Translations under genes and position numbers: made by a program
Assembly: GCA_902525575.1 (NCBI GenBank)
Contig: CABZHU010000003.1
Span: 12,109 to 76,108 of the forward strand
Direction of reading: 5' to 3'
Length of the DNA: 64,000 nucleotides
DNA from: an uncultured Pelagibacteraceae bacterium
GTDB lineage: Bacteria; Pseudomonadota; Alphaproteobacteria; Pelagibacterales; AG-422-B15
In this document: positions 62,429 through 64,000 of the stretch, piece after piece
How positions within the stretch are numbered: the stretch's first letter is position 1
Layout: the number at the start of each line of letters is the position of its first letter
The notes under the pieces: model-generated
What the model was told of the DNA's origin: nothing
What the model saw: only the letters and a program-made list of their open reading frames with translations
Database searches by the model: none

Positions 62429-64000
62429 ATGATCGAGTTTTTTGTAGACAGAAAAAGAACAGCCCTTGCTTTCTTATTAGTACTTATTGTTGCTGGAATA
62501 TTCGGGAGGATAAATATTCCTGTTGAAGCTGAACCTGATATTACGATTCCTGTTGTTTATGCAGGTGTTGGACTTCCAGGCGTATCTCCATCCGATTCTG
62601 AGAGATTATTAGTACGTCCTCTCGAAGAAGAGTTGAGATCAATAGAGGGTGTAAAAAAACTTCAAGCGTTTGGTTTTGAAGGCTATGCGGCTGCAGTTGT
62701 GGAGTTTGAAGCGGCTGAGACAATGTCAAAATCTTTAGATAGTGTAAGAGATGCTGTAAACGAAGCTAAATCAAAGTTTCCAGAAGATGCTAAAGATCCA
62801 ATAGTTAGAGAAGTATCTTTATCTGATGACCCCTCAATTATTGTAGCAATTTCTTCAGATGTTGCTCAAGAGCGAGAACTTTTAAATATTATAAGAGATA
62901 TTCAAAATGAAATAGAGCTTCTTCCAGAAATTTTTGAAGTTGATTTAATCGGAAATAGAGATGAACAATTAGAAGCAATACTTAACCGTAATCAAATTGA
63001 AAATTATAATATTTCTATTTATGAAATTATAAGAGCAATAAATAATAATAATCAGGCTGTTATGGCTGGCGAAATTGAAACTGGTCAAGGGCAATTCTCG
63101 GTGGATGTACCAGGTTTATTTGAAGACGAAAGTGAAATTAATTCTATACCTATCAGATCTTCTTCCGACGGAGTTGTCCTGTTGTCTGATATTTCCGATG
63201 TTAAAAGAAGCTTCAAAGAGCGAACCTTTTTCGCAAGTATTAATCAAAATCAAAGTATTTGCTTAGGAGTTAAAAAAGCGCGTGGGGCGAACCTAATAAG
63301 TACGATTAATAGAGTTGAAAATATAGTAGAAAAATATCAATCAAAAATTTCACCTGATATTAGTCTTGGCTATGTATTAAATACAAAAGATGTAATGCTT
63401 GAACAAGTTAATTCACTTCAAGGAAATATTATAATGGCTACTATATTTGTGCTAATTGTAGCAATGATAACTTTTGGCATCAGGTCCTCCTTAATAGTAG
63501 GATCTGGTATTCCAGTATCAATTATTATTGCCATTTTTATTTTATATGCCCTCGGGTTTACATATAATTTTATGGTTATATTTGGAATGTTGGTGGCTTT
63601 AGGGATGCTGATAGACGGCTCGATAGTTGTTGTAGAATTGGCTGATAGAAAAATGGTAGAAGGATATGATAAGAAAACAGCTTTTATTTATGCTGCAAAA
63701 AGAATGTTCTGGCCTGTTACTGCATCAGCAGCGACAACGTTAGCTGTTTTTATTCCTTTATTTTTCTGGCCAGGTGTAAGTGGGCAGTTCATGAGAGTTC
63801 TACCTATTACAATATTCATCATCCTAACTGTGGCTTTAATCTATAGTCTGATGATTGTTCCTGTGATTGGCAGTATTTTTGGCAAGGCTTCCGAAATGAG
63901 CAAAAAAACTGTTCAGTCAATAAGTTCGGAACATGCATATGATCTTTCTAAAGTTGAGGGAATTGTTGGAAAATATATTAATTTTCTGACACTAGTCCTT
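62429..64000 (+). CDS. RND efflux transporter permease, AcrB/D/F family (3' end outside window)
   Basis: Not in ORF track. ATG at 62429: MIEFFVDRKRT...IPVEAEPDITIP...ERLLVRPLEEEL...GMLIDGSIVVVE...FWPGVSGQFM. Confidence 0.93.
   Translation, partial: MIEFFVDRKRTALAFLLVLIVAGIFGRINIPVEAEPDITIPVVYAGVGLPGVSPSDSERLLVRPLEEELRSIEGVKKLQAFGFEGYAAAVVEFEAAETMSKSLDSVRDAVNEAKSKFPEDAKDPIVREVSLSDDPSIIVAISSDVAQERELLNIIRDIQNEIELLPEIFEVDLIGNRDEQLEAILNRNQIENYNISIYEIIRAINNNNQAVMAGEIETGQGQFSVDVPGLFEDESEINSIPIRSSSDGVVLLSDISDVKRSFKERTFFASINQNQSICLGVKKARGANLISTINRVENIVEKYQSKISPDISLGYVLNTKDVMLEQVNSLQGNIIMATIFVLIVAMITFGIRSSLIVGSGIPVSIIIAIFILYALGFTYNFMVIFGMLVALGMLIDGSIVVVELADRKMVEGYDKKTAFIYAAKRMFWPVTASAATTLAVFIPLFFWPGVSGQFMRVLPITIFIILTVALIYSLMIVPVIGSIFGKASEMSKKTVQSISSEHAYDLSKVEGIVGKYINFLTLVL

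Noticed and set aside
1-64000. tRNA, rRNA, CRISPR arrays, IS elements, CtrA boxes
   Set aside because: Intergenic regions are short and AT-rich with no cloverleaf, repeat-spacer or terminal inverted repeat patterns; TTAA-based matches cannot be distinguished from background.

Overview
AT-rich, very gene-dense bacterial chromosome segment. Gene content and order point to a streamlined alphaproteobacterium, possibly a marine SAR11/HIMB59-like lineage (inference). It is almost all housekeeping: cysE-iscR-sufBCD, anmK, tyrS, prfB (programmed +1 frameshift), PBP1A, rne, aroQ-accBC, class II nrdJ, aspS, purMN, pepA, lptFGD-surA-rsmA, fab cluster, rpsF-rpsR-rplI, dnaB, alr, bamB-der, panB, guaBA, rlmE and a tolC-PadR-MFP-RND efflux operon. 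I found no rRNA, tRNA, CRISPR array, IS element or integrase. Most notable: (1) a Der/EngA-like GTPase with only one G domain at the canonical der locus; (2) a 195-bp scar of a guaA-targeting island (degenerate direct repeat of the guaA 3' end around a truncated nuclease-like gene), next to a small accessory patch (GNAT-like gene, photolyase, coupled unknown gene); (3) RNase E lacking the Zn-link cysteines; (4) readable IscR, NrdR and probable PadR operators; (5) several minimised proteins and leaderless-type starts. No clearly new multi-gene system is evident; the best candidates are the single-domain Der and the guaA-flanking accessory patch.
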